From contig JBCCHT010000001.1 of the NCBI GenBank assembly GCA_039028615.1, forward strand, positions 352,001 to 416,000: a stretch of DNA of 64,000 nt, given 5' to 3'. The position numbers and the translations under genes were made by a program. The notes beneath the pieces are model-generated. The model was given only the letters and a program-made list of their open reading frames with translations. It had not been told where the DNA came from and ran no database searches. This stretch comes from Myxococcota bacterium (lineage in GTDB: Bacteria > Myxococcota_A > Polyangia > Nannocystales > Nannocystaceae). This document shows positions 17,945-26,461 of the stretch, piece by piece; positions within the stretch are counted from its first letter, which is position 1, and the number at the start of each line of letters is the position of its first letter.

Positions 17945-19357
17945 CCGGCTCGACGACGGGCAGTCGTCGCATCCACAGTCACCGATCCCCCGACAACGCC
18001 CCTGCTCGCTGCCCGCCAATACCGCCTCGCGGCGCTGCTCGGCGCCCGGGTGGGTGGGTCCCGCCTCGTCCGAGCCCTGGGCCAGCAAGTCCAAGAGCGG
18101 ATCGAGCGAAGCCCCGAGCGCAGCCACGATCCTCCCCGCGCTGCGGTCGGCCCTCAGCTCGCGCTCGTGACTGGTCTGTGTGCCCGCACCAGACTCCGGC
18201 TCGTCTCGGATGTGACCCCACTCGTGACCGGCGATCCCGCGGATCAGGTCGCGCTGGCAATCCTCGTCGCCGCCACAGATCGCGTCGCTCGCCCGCTGCA
18301 TCCACGCCGGATTGACCAGGACGACGCTGCCCTCCCCTTCGACGTCGCCGACCCCGACGTTCGGCACCTGGTGGCTCTCGAGCACTCGCGGCGCCGGTTT
18401 ACCCTCGAGCACGGCGATGGCCGCGAACTCCCGGGCGAACCGTTCGCCCCAACTCTCGGGCGTGGGCGAGTGGGTCGTGCTCGGCACCTCCACGGACCAG
18501 CCCGGCACGGGCTCCTGCAGCACGGCCGGGCGGAGGCGATGGACTTCACCACGCGATGACAGACCCCATCGAGGTGACGGAGGGCCATCGCAACCCTCCA
18601 CCGTGACGGCATGCCGAGACGGCTGCTCGTGGGCGAAGACCGGCTCGGCCTCGACCATGGCCGGCACCACGATCAGCACCACATCGGGCGACGTCGTCGG
18701 CTCCACTCCGAGCGGATCGAGGTCGAGGTCCGCCTCCACCCACCCATCGATCGGCATTCGAGGTGGAGTCACGACCGGCTCCTCTTCTTCGATCTCCAGG
18801 ATCGCATGCGGCGAGATCGCGACCACCGTCTCGATCGGCGAGTCGGTCGGGACCTCGTCGACGTTCGAGCCCTGCTCCGCTCCAGCCTCTTCGCACCGCG
18901 GGGGGCTCGGAGCCACGACGAGCACCACCTGCGGCCGTACGTACTCGAGCTCCGGCCGAAGCCGAGGCGGCCGGGCCCGGCGATCGGGCGTGCGATCGGA
19001 GCATCGATCCACCGAACGACCTCGCCGATCACTGCCGCGCCGCGGCACCTCCACCACCAGCAGTCGAACCTCGGGAGGCGGCGCCCGGTCGTTGCGCGGC
19101 CGCGACGACACCCGCGGCGTAGTGGCCTCGTCGTTCGCTCGATCGGCCGCGAACGGAGGCTCACGGGGCTCCTCGTCGGCCTTCGGTTCGGTCTCGGTGG
19201 GCTCCTCGGGCTCTTCGGGCTCCACCGGTTCCCGCTCGGCCTCGTCCTTCGACGACGAAGCGGGCGCAACGACACCACGCCCTCGCCGATGCTCCCGGAT
19301 CTGTCGCCGCATTTCGACGATCAGACCGATGACCTCTGGCGACCACGCCTCCCCCAC
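17924..19357 (-). CDS. Protein with C-terminal M48-like zinc peptidase domain
   Basis: AGHEWGH, ELRADRSAG, THPGAEQR; long low-complexity N-terminus, start uncertain. Confidence 0.6.
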   Translation of the reverse strand: MGEAWSPEVIGLIVEMRRQIREHRRGRGVVAPASSSKDEAEREPVEPEEPEEPTETEPKADEEPREPPFAADRANDEATTPRVSSRPRNDRAPPPEVRLLVVEVPRRGSDRRGRSVDRCSDRTPDRRARPPRLRPELEYVRPQVVLVVAPSPPRCEEAGAEQGSNVDEVPTDSPIETVVAISPHAILEIEEEEPVVTPPRMPIDGWVEADLDLDPLGVEPTTSPDVVLIVVPAMVEAEPVFAHEQPSRHAVTVEGCDGPPSPRWGLSSRGEVHRLRPAVLQEPVPGWSVEVPSTTHSPTPESWGERFAREFAAIAVLEGKPAPRVLESHQVPNVGVGDVEGEGSVVLVNPAWMQRASDAICGGDEDCQRDLIRGIAGHEWGHIRDEPESGAGTQTSHERELRADRSAGRIVAALGASLDPLLDLLAQGSDEAGPTHPGAEQRREAVLAGSEQGRCRGIGDCGCDDCPSSSRSTAPDP

Positions 19358-19445
19358 CGCTCAGCCCCTCCGGGCGGCCTGATTCGGTCCGACCGGCGAC
19401 GGCATCACGCGGTGGCATTGCGAACCCACCCGGGTCCCCTGTCGA

Positions 19446-19640
19446 TCACGATCCACCTTGGAGATCGTCGATCGTCACGTTGGGCACAAAAACGACCGGA
19501 TTGCCCGGTACGACGATGCGAAACAACATCCCGCCGGGCACGGGCAGCACAAAGACCGCCGGGTCGATGCTCGCGACCGGGTTGCTGGACACCAGCTGGT
19601 TCCAAACGACATCAACCTTGATTTCCGGCTCGTTGATCAT
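19446..19640 (-). CDS. 64-aa hypothetical protein divergent from the reb cluster
   Basis: VLPVPGGMLFRIVV..PVVFVPNV; preceded by a promoter motif. Confidence 0.6.
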   Translation of the reverse strand: MINEPEIKVDVVWNQLVSSNPVASIDPAVFVLPVPGGMLFRIVVPGNPVVFVPNVTIDDLQGGS

Positions 19641-19649
19641 CCCCTACCC

Positions 19650-19675
19650 ATGACGAACCGGGCCCGCCCTTGTGA
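19650..19675 (-). promoter_or_regulatory. Putative ECF promoter TCACA-N15-CGTCAT
   Basis: Minus strand tcaca agggcgggcccggtt cgtcat. Confidence 0.65.
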
Positions 19676-19689
19676 TGCGGGTCGGGGAT

Positions 19690-19715
19690 TCACAACTGGC
19701 GCCCTCCGCCGTCAT
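19690..19715 (+). promoter_or_regulatory. Putative ECF promoter TCACA-N15-CGTCAT for the reb operon
   Basis: tcaca actggcgccctccgc cgtcat. Confidence 0.65.
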
Positions 19716-19793
19716 ACCCTCGTGCCGCCACGGGGCGGGCGAACTCTCCGGCTGCGCAAGGGCGTGCCGGGCCCTCAAGGGAGATAAGTCGCG

Positions 19794-20621
19794 ATGGCCG
19801 ATTCCTATGACCATGCTGCCCACCAACACTCGATCCAAGAACGGAAAGACGCCCTGAGTATAGGGGTAGACCTGGGCGCAGAAGAATCCGAGCAAGTACG
19901 CCGCCGGCTGAACGAAATCGCGCTGGGCGTGTCGGAAATCAACTCGGAGCTCCAAGAAGTCCGCGACCGACTGCCGCGGGATCGACTCCGCGCCCCGACC
20001 AGCCGACCCCGCACGGACCTCGGCCAAGCCCTCGCGGAGGGTCTCCGTCGAGACGCCGGAGTGCCCGAGTCCGATGCCAACTCCGCCGGCCGCAATGCGG
20101 CCGACCGCATCAAGGACTTCGCCCGCGACAACGACTCGGACATGACCGACCGGGAGCTGGCCAATGTGGTGCGAGGGATCGATCCGGACGGGATCAACAA
20201 CTCCGATGACTATGGCGACGCGGTCTACAACGCGGTGAAGGACGCGGTCCTGGAACCGGGCCGAGACCTGCCCCACCACATGCGCAACCTCGAGGAGGCC
20301 CGAGACATCCTCGCGGCCGCCGGCTCACCCAGCGGGGGCCGAAGAAGCTCCCCGTGCGACAAGCCGAACGAGCCCGATCTGCCGACCCTGGCCGCCCCTC
20401 CCCCCTCGGGTGCCAGCAGCGAGGTCCTGCGCGACGTCAGCCACCTGACCACGCTCCTGCTCGGCTCGAGCCCCGCCTTCGCCGAGGCCATGCGCTTCCA
20501 GAGCGACGCGGTCGCCTACTCGCTGGCCGCCCTCAACAAGGTGAGCGACATGCAGCGCCAAGACGCGCTCGGCCTCGCCATCACCGCCCGCGCGGCGGCG
20601 ACCAAGTTCGAGAATTCATAA
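19794..20621 (+). CDS. Protein with divergent C-terminal Reb-like domain
   Basis: C-terminal DVSHLTTLLLGSSPAFAEAMRFQSDAVAYSLAALNKVSDMQRQ aligns by eye with DSVTQVNTKILGDAPAQAMATLYQ..SGIALQNAVHAQNNQ. Confidence 0.6.
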   Translation: MADSYDHAAHQHSIQERKDALSIGVDLGAEESEQVRRRLNEIALGVSEINSELQEVRDRLPRDRLRAPTSRPRTDLGQALAEGLRRDAGVPESDANSAGRNAADRIKDFARDNDSDMTDRELANVVRGIDPDGINNSDDYGDAVYNAVKDAVLEPGRDLPHHMRNLEEARDILAAAGSPSGGRRSSPCDKPNEPDLPTLAAPPPSGASSEVLRDVSHLTTLLLGSSPAFAEAMRFQSDAVAYSLAALNKVSDMQRQDALGLAITARAAATKFENS

Positions 20622-20674
20622 ACCCGTAACATCCACCCCTTCTCGATCCACATCCCAGCATTGAAAGCAGACCG

Positions 20675-21001
20675 ATGGCAGACTCCGTGAATCCTAAGGT
20701 CACCGACAGTGTCTCAGAGGTCAATACGCTGGTCCTCGGTGACGCCCCCGCCCAGGCGATGGCGACACTGTTCCAGACATCGGCCGCTTCGGCGGGGATT
20801 GCAATGCAAAATGCCGTCCACGCCCAGAGCAACCAACACGCCATCAACGTCGCGGCTACGGCGGAGGCGATTGCATTGTTGTTCAACAGCCCAACGGCCG
20901 CCTCGGCCCAGGCTGCCACCAAACTCGACGGAGCGCAGCTCCAGGTATTGGAACGGCTCACCTCGATCATCGAGGGCATGAACAACACGAATTCCCGCTA
21001 G
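20675..21001 (+). CDS. reb: RebB-family R-body protein
   Basis: VNPKVTDSVSEVNTLVLGDAPAQAMATLFQ...MQNAV. Confidence 0.9.
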   Translation: MADSVNPKVTDSVSEVNTLVLGDAPAQAMATLFQTSAASAGIAMQNAVHAQSNQHAINVAATAEAIALLFNSPTAASAQAATKLDGAQLQVLERLTSIIEGMNNTNSR

Positions 21002-21126
21002 ACCCTCACAGTAATATTCGCGCCATTGCAACGAGGGTATTTGGATCTTCTTCGAGTCATCGCCTTGGGTGATATCCAAGACGGCGATCTTTGCTAGGCG
21101 CAATCAACGAGACAAGGAACGAAACA

Positions 21127-21453
21127 ATGGCAGATACCGTAGCACCGATGATCACCGACTCCATCACTCAGGTCAATACGAAGGTCCTGGGAGACGCCCC
21201 CGCGCAGGCGATGGGCACGCTATTCCAGACCGCCGGCGCCACTTCCGGCATCGCGCTGCAGAATGCCGTCCACGCCCAGAACAACCAGTATGCGCTGAAC
21301 AACGCGACCACCACCGAGGGTGTGAACCTGCTGTTCACCTCGCCCACGGCCGCGTCGGCCCAGGCCGCGACGAAGATCGACGCGGGCTTCGAGGGCGTCA
21401 TGTCGCGCCTCGACGGTCTCATCCTGAACTTTCGCAGCGTTTCTGGCCGATAG
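21127..21453 (+). CDS. reb: RebB-family R-body protein
   Basis: ITDSITQVNTKVLGDAPAQAMGTLFQ; aagga RBS. Confidence 0.92.
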   Translation: MADTVAPMITDSITQVNTKVLGDAPAQAMGTLFQTAGATSGIALQNAVHAQNNQYALNNATTTEGVNLLFTSPTAASAQAATKIDAGFEGVMSRLDGLILNFRSVSGR

Positions 21454-21625
21454 GCAGGATCCTCGCCGGGTTCCCTTCCTGGGGCCCCTATTGGCCGCTG
21501 CCTTGGTCATCGAGGCAGCGGCTCCCACCGGAGCCACCGGGCTCCACACTCGGGCGTGAACTCGAGCGGCACGGACCGTGTCCTCGTCACCTCCCTGAAC
21601 CACTGAACGAGAAAAGGACGAGACG

Positions 21626-21952
21626 ATGGCAGACACCGTTGCACCCATGATCACGGACTCGATTACCCAGGTCAACACGAAGATCCTGGGAGACGCCCCC
21701 GCCCAAGCGATGGGCACGCTATTCCAGACCGCGGCCGCGACCTCGGGCATCGCGTTGCAGAACGCGGTCCATGCTCAAAACAACCAGTACTCGATCAACA
21801 ACGCGGCAACCGTCGAAGGTGTGAACTTGCTGTTCACCTCGGCCACCGCGGCGTCGGCTCAGGCCGCGACCAAACTCGACGCCGGATTCGAGGGCGTGAT
21901 GGCCCGCATCACCGGCTTGGTCCAGAACTTCCAAACCGTCTCCGGTCGATAG
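21626..21952 (+). CDS. reb: RebB-family R-body protein
   Basis: Near-identical paralog; aaagga RBS. Confidence 0.92.
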   Translation: MADTVAPMITDSITQVNTKILGDAPAQAMGTLFQTAAATSGIALQNAVHAQNNQYSINNAATVEGVNLLFTSATAASAQAATKLDAGFEGVMARITGLVQNFQTVSGR

Positions 21953-22131
21953 CGGGGACACTCATCGGGCTCCGATCGCCGAGCCCTTCCAGGCCGCCGC
22001 TTCGATGGTCGGAGCGTCGGTCGCCAGGGGAGCCCTCGGGCTCCACATGGTCGTGAACAACCAGCGATAGGGGGCGCAATCTCTGCCCTCGCCGTTGACT
22101 CGCTCAACCCAACAAACGAAAAGGACAGACG

Positions 22132-22461
22132 ATGGCAGACACCGTTGCACCCATGATCACCGACTCGGTCACCCAGGTGAATACCAAGATCCTCGGTGAC
22201 GCGCCCGCTCAGGCGATGGCGACCCTCTATCAGACCGCCGCCGCCACCTCGGGCATCGCGCTCCAGAACGCGGTCCACGCTCAGAACAACCAGTACGCGC
22301 TCAACAACGCGGCGACCACCGAAGGCGTCAACCTGCTCTACACCTCGCCCACGGCCGCTTCGGCCGCCGCGGCGACGAAGATCGACGCCGGCTTCGAGGG
22401 CGTGATGGCCCGCCTCGACGGGCTCATCATCAACGCTCGAACCGTCGGCGGACGCCAGTAG
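22132..22461 (+). CDS. reb: RebB-family R-body protein
   Basis: ITDSVTQVNTKILGDAPAQAMATLYQ. Confidence 0.92.
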   Translation: MADTVAPMITDSVTQVNTKILGDAPAQAMATLYQTAAATSGIALQNAVHAQNNQYALNNAATTEGVNLLYTSPTAASAAAATKIDAGFEGVMARLDGLIINARTVGGRQ

Positions 22462-22577
22462 TCCGCTCGACCGTGGCGCGGGAGCCCGCAAGGAGCTCCC
22501 CGCCACCGCCATGGCGACCAGGGCCTCCCTGGTCGCCGACCCAAGTTTCAGGCTAGGCACGCGACGGAACCAACGAC

Positions 22578-22808
22578 ATGGCCGATAGTCCGACGACGGT
22601 GAACCCGCAAATTACCGATGCGGTCACCCAGGCCAACACCAAGGTGTTGGCAGAAGCGCCCGCGATGTCGGTCGCGCTCGTCTATCAGATGTTCGCGCAG
22701 AGCGTCGGCCTAGCCATCCAGAACTCGACCTCGAACCAACAGAACATGCAGGCCGTCGCCGGTGCGGCCACGGCGAAAGCCATCGAGAAGATCGCCTCGA
22801 TCTCGTGA
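22578..22808 (+). CDS. reb: Short RebB-family R-body protein
   Basis: PTTVNPQITDAVTQANTKVLAEAPAMSVALVYQ, canonical Reb N-terminal motif. Confidence 0.92.
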   Translation: MADSPTTVNPQITDAVTQANTKVLAEAPAMSVALVYQMFAQSVGLAIQNSTSNQQNMQAVAGAATAKAIEKIASIS

Positions 22809-22824
22809 ACGATAGGAGCGCAGC

Positions 22825-23178
22825 GTGTCCGACGTAGTGAACCCGCAAGTCATGGATGCGGTGACGCAGGCCCAGCAGTTCGTCATCACCAACACCTCGA
22901 CCGGCTACGCGAATCAGGTCGTCCAGTCCAACGTCACGCACTCGGTCGGCCTGGCCATCGTCGATGCGACCGACTACGTCCGCAACGTGACCGCCGTGAG
23001 CACGGCCATCACCGGTGTCGCGCTCCGCAAGATGCTCGAGGACGTGAGCAACGTGCCCCAGGCGACCGCAGCGTTGACCGCCGCGATGACGGCGGTGGAG
23101 AACGCGACCAAGAATCTCGAATCAGTGGGCAAAGCCGCAGGCCAGGTGCTGTCGGCGTGGCCCGCGGGCGACGGTTGA
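22825..23178 (+). CDS. Divergent Reb-like / R-body-associated protein
   Basis: VVNPQVMDAVTQ N-terminus, SVGLAIVDATDYVRN; aggag RBS. Confidence 0.7.
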   Translation: MSDVVNPQVMDAVTQAQQFVITNTSTGYANQVVQSNVTHSVGLAIVDATDYVRNVTAVSTAITGVALRKMLEDVSNVPQATAALTAAMTAVENATKNLESVGKAAGQVLSAWPAGDG

Positions 23179-23206
23179 GGAGGCCGCATTCGCCCGCATC
23201 CACCCC

Positions 23207-23296
23207 ATGCCCGCCTGCGGGGCGGGTTCGGTGTGGCGATGGGAACGGGAAACCAGCCATACCGAACCCGCCCCCCTCCCTCGCGGGCAGGGCATC
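23207..23296 (+). terminator. Large stem-loop after the last reb gene
   Basis: ggggcgggttcggtgtggc (23219-23237) pairs with gccataccgaacccgcccc (23256-23274), plus an outer stem; no U-tract. Confidence 0.5.
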
Positions 23297-23460
23297 GACG
23301 TTCTCGGCGACCAAAACGGAGTTCATCCCCCGAAGCCGAACGGCCCCGCGAGCACGATCGAGGGTCGCATCGTGGCGGTGAAGGTACGCGATGATGACAC
23401 TCGTCGCGCGGGCGACCAACGAGTCCGCGCGAGCCAAGTGTTAGTGTCGAGACTCGCGTT

Positions 23461-26220
23461 TTGGATGATCTGCCAACGATTGCGGGAGTCGAGCCGCCCG
23501 AGTTCGAACCCCTGAGTGCTTCGGCGGCTGAACTCACCAGCGGGCAATCCATCGGCCGCTACGTGCTGATCAAGCAGGTCGGCTCGGGGGGCATGGGCGT
23601 CGTGTACTCGGCATACGACAGCGACCTCGATCGCAAGGTCGCCATCAAGCTCCTCCAGCAGCAGCCCGGACTCGGAGTCGAGCAGCCCTACGCTCGCATG
23701 GTCCGCGAGGCCCAAGCACTGGCACGCCTCGCTCATCCGAACGTGGTCGCGGTGTTCGAGGTGGGCGAATGGACGGGGGGACCCTACGTGGTGATGGAGT
23801 TCATCGACGGCCCCACCTTGGGTGCGTGGTGCAGCACCGGCCAGCGTTCGTGGCGAAAGACGCTCGAGATCTGCGTGCAGGCGGGTCGGGGCCTGGCCGC
23901 CGCCCATCGCCGAGACATCATCCATCGCGACTTCAAGCCTCACAACGTGCTCATCGGGGCCGAAGGTCGAGCACGGGTGGTGGATTTCGGGCTCGCGCGG
24001 GCACTGGGCGACCCGCCCGATCGCGCCCACGAAGGCACCGAGACGCCCGATCCCATCGTCTCGACCCGCCTGACCCAAACCGGCGTCATCGCCGGGACGC
24101 CGCCCTACTTGGCGCCTGAGCAGTTCTGGGGCGAGGCCCCCGATCCACGCACGGACCAGTACGCATTTTGCGTCACCGTGTGGGAAGCCCTCTACGGGCA
24201 GCGCCCCTTCCACGGTGACACGTACGACGAGCTCGAGACCAACGTCTGCGCGGGAGACATCGTGGAGCCACCCCGTCGTGACGTGCCCGCTCATCTGCAG
24301 CGAGTGCTCCGTCGAGGCTTCGCCCGCGACCGGGAGCGACGCTTCCCCTCGATGGATGCCTTGCTCGATGCCATCGAGCGCGACCCGTGGCGCGTCCGTC
24401 GTCGCTACATGGCAGGCGGCGCCGCGATTGCGAGCGTCGCAGCGTTGTCGGCCGCATTGGCGCGACAAGCCGAGACGCCGGCAGAAGCGGTCGATCCCTG
24501 CGACGACGGGCCGCAGCTGCTTGCCTCGGCCTGGGACGAGGAACGCGAGCAGTCCGTTCGAGCCGCGTTCGGCCGCATCGAAGCAGAGTTCGCTGCGACC
24601 AGCCTGCGCACGGTCACGCTGGGCCTGGACGACTACACCCAGCGTTGGCTGACCGAGTACCGCGACGCCTGCGAAGCCACTCGAGTCGACCACGAACAAT
24701 CGGAAGCCCTGCTCGAGCTCCGCATGGCTTGTCTCGAACGCAAGCGGGGCGCGCTCGAGGCGATGACCTCGTTGATGACCGACGCGGATCGCGACGTGGT
24801 GGCTCGCTCGATCCCCGCCGTACTCGCCCTCCCCTCTCCTGCAGACTGCGCTCGGACCCAGACCCTGCTGGCCCGCAACGCGGTCGAGGCCCCCGACGCT
24901 TCGAGGCTCGACCAGATCGAGCAGCACCACGAGCAACTCGAACGCGCACGCGCGCTCGGGCTCACCGGACAGGCCGACGAAGGCCTGACCATGGCGCAGG
25001 AGGTCTACGCGAGCGCGAACGCCATGGAGCACGGCCCGCTGAAGGCCGAGGCCGCGCTCATGGTCGGCATCCTGGCGGAGGAAGCGGGGCAGCCCCAGCT
25101 CGCCGCCGATCAGCTCGCCACCGCGGTCGAAGAGGCCATCGCCTCGGGCCACGACGAGGTCCTGGCATCGGCCACCGTTCGCCTGATCCGCCAGGTCGGC
25201 GTCCGCTTGTCTCGCTACGACGATGCAGAGCAGTGGGGGCGGCTCGCCACCGCGGCCGTACGACGCGTGGGAGGCGACTGTGACGACGCACTCGAGCTCG
25301 AGGCCAATCTCTGCTCCATGCGAAGCGACCGGGCGGACTGGACCTCGGCCATGCCCCACTGCAACGAGATGCTCGCCATGGCCACCGAACGCCACGGGCC
25401 GGAGCACCCCACCACCGCGCGGGCGAACCGGTTGCTGTCGCAGGTCATGCTCCGAGCGGGCGACTACGAACGCGCAGACGTGCTGGCCCGGCGTGCGCTC
25501 GAGTCGTTCCGTGCCTCCCACGGCATCGACCACCCTGACTATCCAATCATGCTCAGCGCGGTCGCGGTCGCATGTCATAACCGAGGGCGGGGAGCGGCCT
25601 GCATCCCCATGTTCGAAGAGACGGTGGATGCCATCCGCGTGTCCCGGGGGCCCGACCACCCCACCCTCGCAGACGCGATCAACAACCTGGCCATCCTGAT
25701 GCTCGAGCACGATCGACTCGACGAGGCGGAGAAGCACGCGTCGGAGTCGCTGCGGCTACGCCGGGCTCGCAGCGGCGACGACCACCCCGGCGTCGGGGCG
25801 GCTCATCGGGTCTTGGCCAGCATCGCGCTCGCCCGCGGCCACCTGGACGACGCCCTCGCGCACTCCGATCAGGCGGTGGTGATCACTCGAGCCACCCGCG
25901 GCGGAGACCACCCCGATCTGGTGGATGCGCTGAAGTCCCGGGCCGAGATTGCGCTCGCGCTGGAACGATTCGAACAGAGCATTGCGGATCTCCGGGCCGC
26001 CCACGACATGGGTATTCGCCTGAACATACCGAGCAGCGGTCGCGCGACGTTGGCCTTCGAGCTGGCCAAAGTCCTCGCCGCACACGAGCCCGGAGCGCTG
26101 GACCAGGCCCGGTCGTTGGCCCGACAGGCGCGAGGCAATGCCGAGTCCGCCGGACCGGATTCCCCCTTGCTCCCGAAGATCGTGGCCTGGCTGCAGGAGC
26201 ATCCTCCGAGCCGACCGTGA
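23461..26220 (+). CDS. Ser/Thr protein kinase with TPR domain
   Basis: GSGGMGVV, VAIK, HRDFKPHN, DFG, APE; GPDHP-type TPRs. Confidence 0.92.
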   Translation: MDDLPTIAGVEPPEFEPLSASAAELTSGQSIGRYVLIKQVGSGGMGVVYSAYDSDLDRKVAIKLLQQQPGLGVEQPYARMVREAQALARLAHPNVVAVFEVGEWTGGPYVVMEFIDGPTLGAWCSTGQRSWRKTLEICVQAGRGLAAAHRRDIIHRDFKPHNVLIGAEGRARVVDFGLARALGDPPDRAHEGTETPDPIVSTRLTQTGVIAGTPPYLAPEQFWGEAPDPRTDQYAFCVTVWEALYGQRPFHGDTYDELETNVCAGDIVEPPRRDVPAHLQRVLRRGFARDRERRFPSMDALLDAIERDPWRVRRRYMAGGAAIASVAALSAALARQAETPAEAVDPCDDGPQLLASAWDEEREQSVRAAFGRIEAEFAATSLRTVTLGLDDYTQRWLTEYRDACEATRVDHEQSEALLELRMACLERKRGALEAMTSLMTDADRDVVARSIPAVLALPSPADCARTQTLLARNAVEAPDASRLDQIEQHHEQLERARALGLTGQADEGLTMAQEVYASANAMEHGPLKAEAALMVGILAEEAGQPQLAADQLATAVEEAIASGHDEVLASATVRLIRQVGVRLSRYDDAEQWGRLATAAVRRVGGDCDDALELEANLCSMRSDRADWTSAMPHCNEMLAMATERHGPEHPTTARANRLLSQVMLRAGDYERADVLARRALESFRASHGIDHPDYPIMLSAVAVACHNRGRGAACIPMFEETVDAIRVSRGPDHPTLADAINNLAILMLEHDRLDEAEKHASESLRLRRARSGDDHPGVGAAHRVLASIALARGHLDDALAHSDQAVVITRATRGGDHPDLVDALKSRAEIALALERFEQSIADLRAAHDMGIRLNIPSSGRATLAFELAKVLAAHEPGALDQARSLARQARGNAESAGPDSPLLPKIVAWLQEHPPSRP

Positions 26221-26461
26221 TCCCGACTGCGCACCGAAGGCCACCTGCGCCAGCCGTGCGCAAGAGTCCGAGCCGAAATTCGTCGGTCATCGGGGAACGG
26301 CGACGCGCTGCCGATGCTGCATTCGAGTCGGCGAGATCATGCATTTTCGTCCAGAAACGAGCCGGCCGAATTGCACATGACACTGCGACTTCGGCATCGG
26401 CCTCCTCAGTTGGAACATATGCATGAGACGACGTTGAACGCCGCAGTGTCTGTGTCACGGT

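Noticed and set aside
19671..19694. TGTGA...TCACA as a CRP/FNR box
   Set aside because: Spacer is 14 nt, not 6; better explained as two divergent -35 elements, each with CGTCAT at N15
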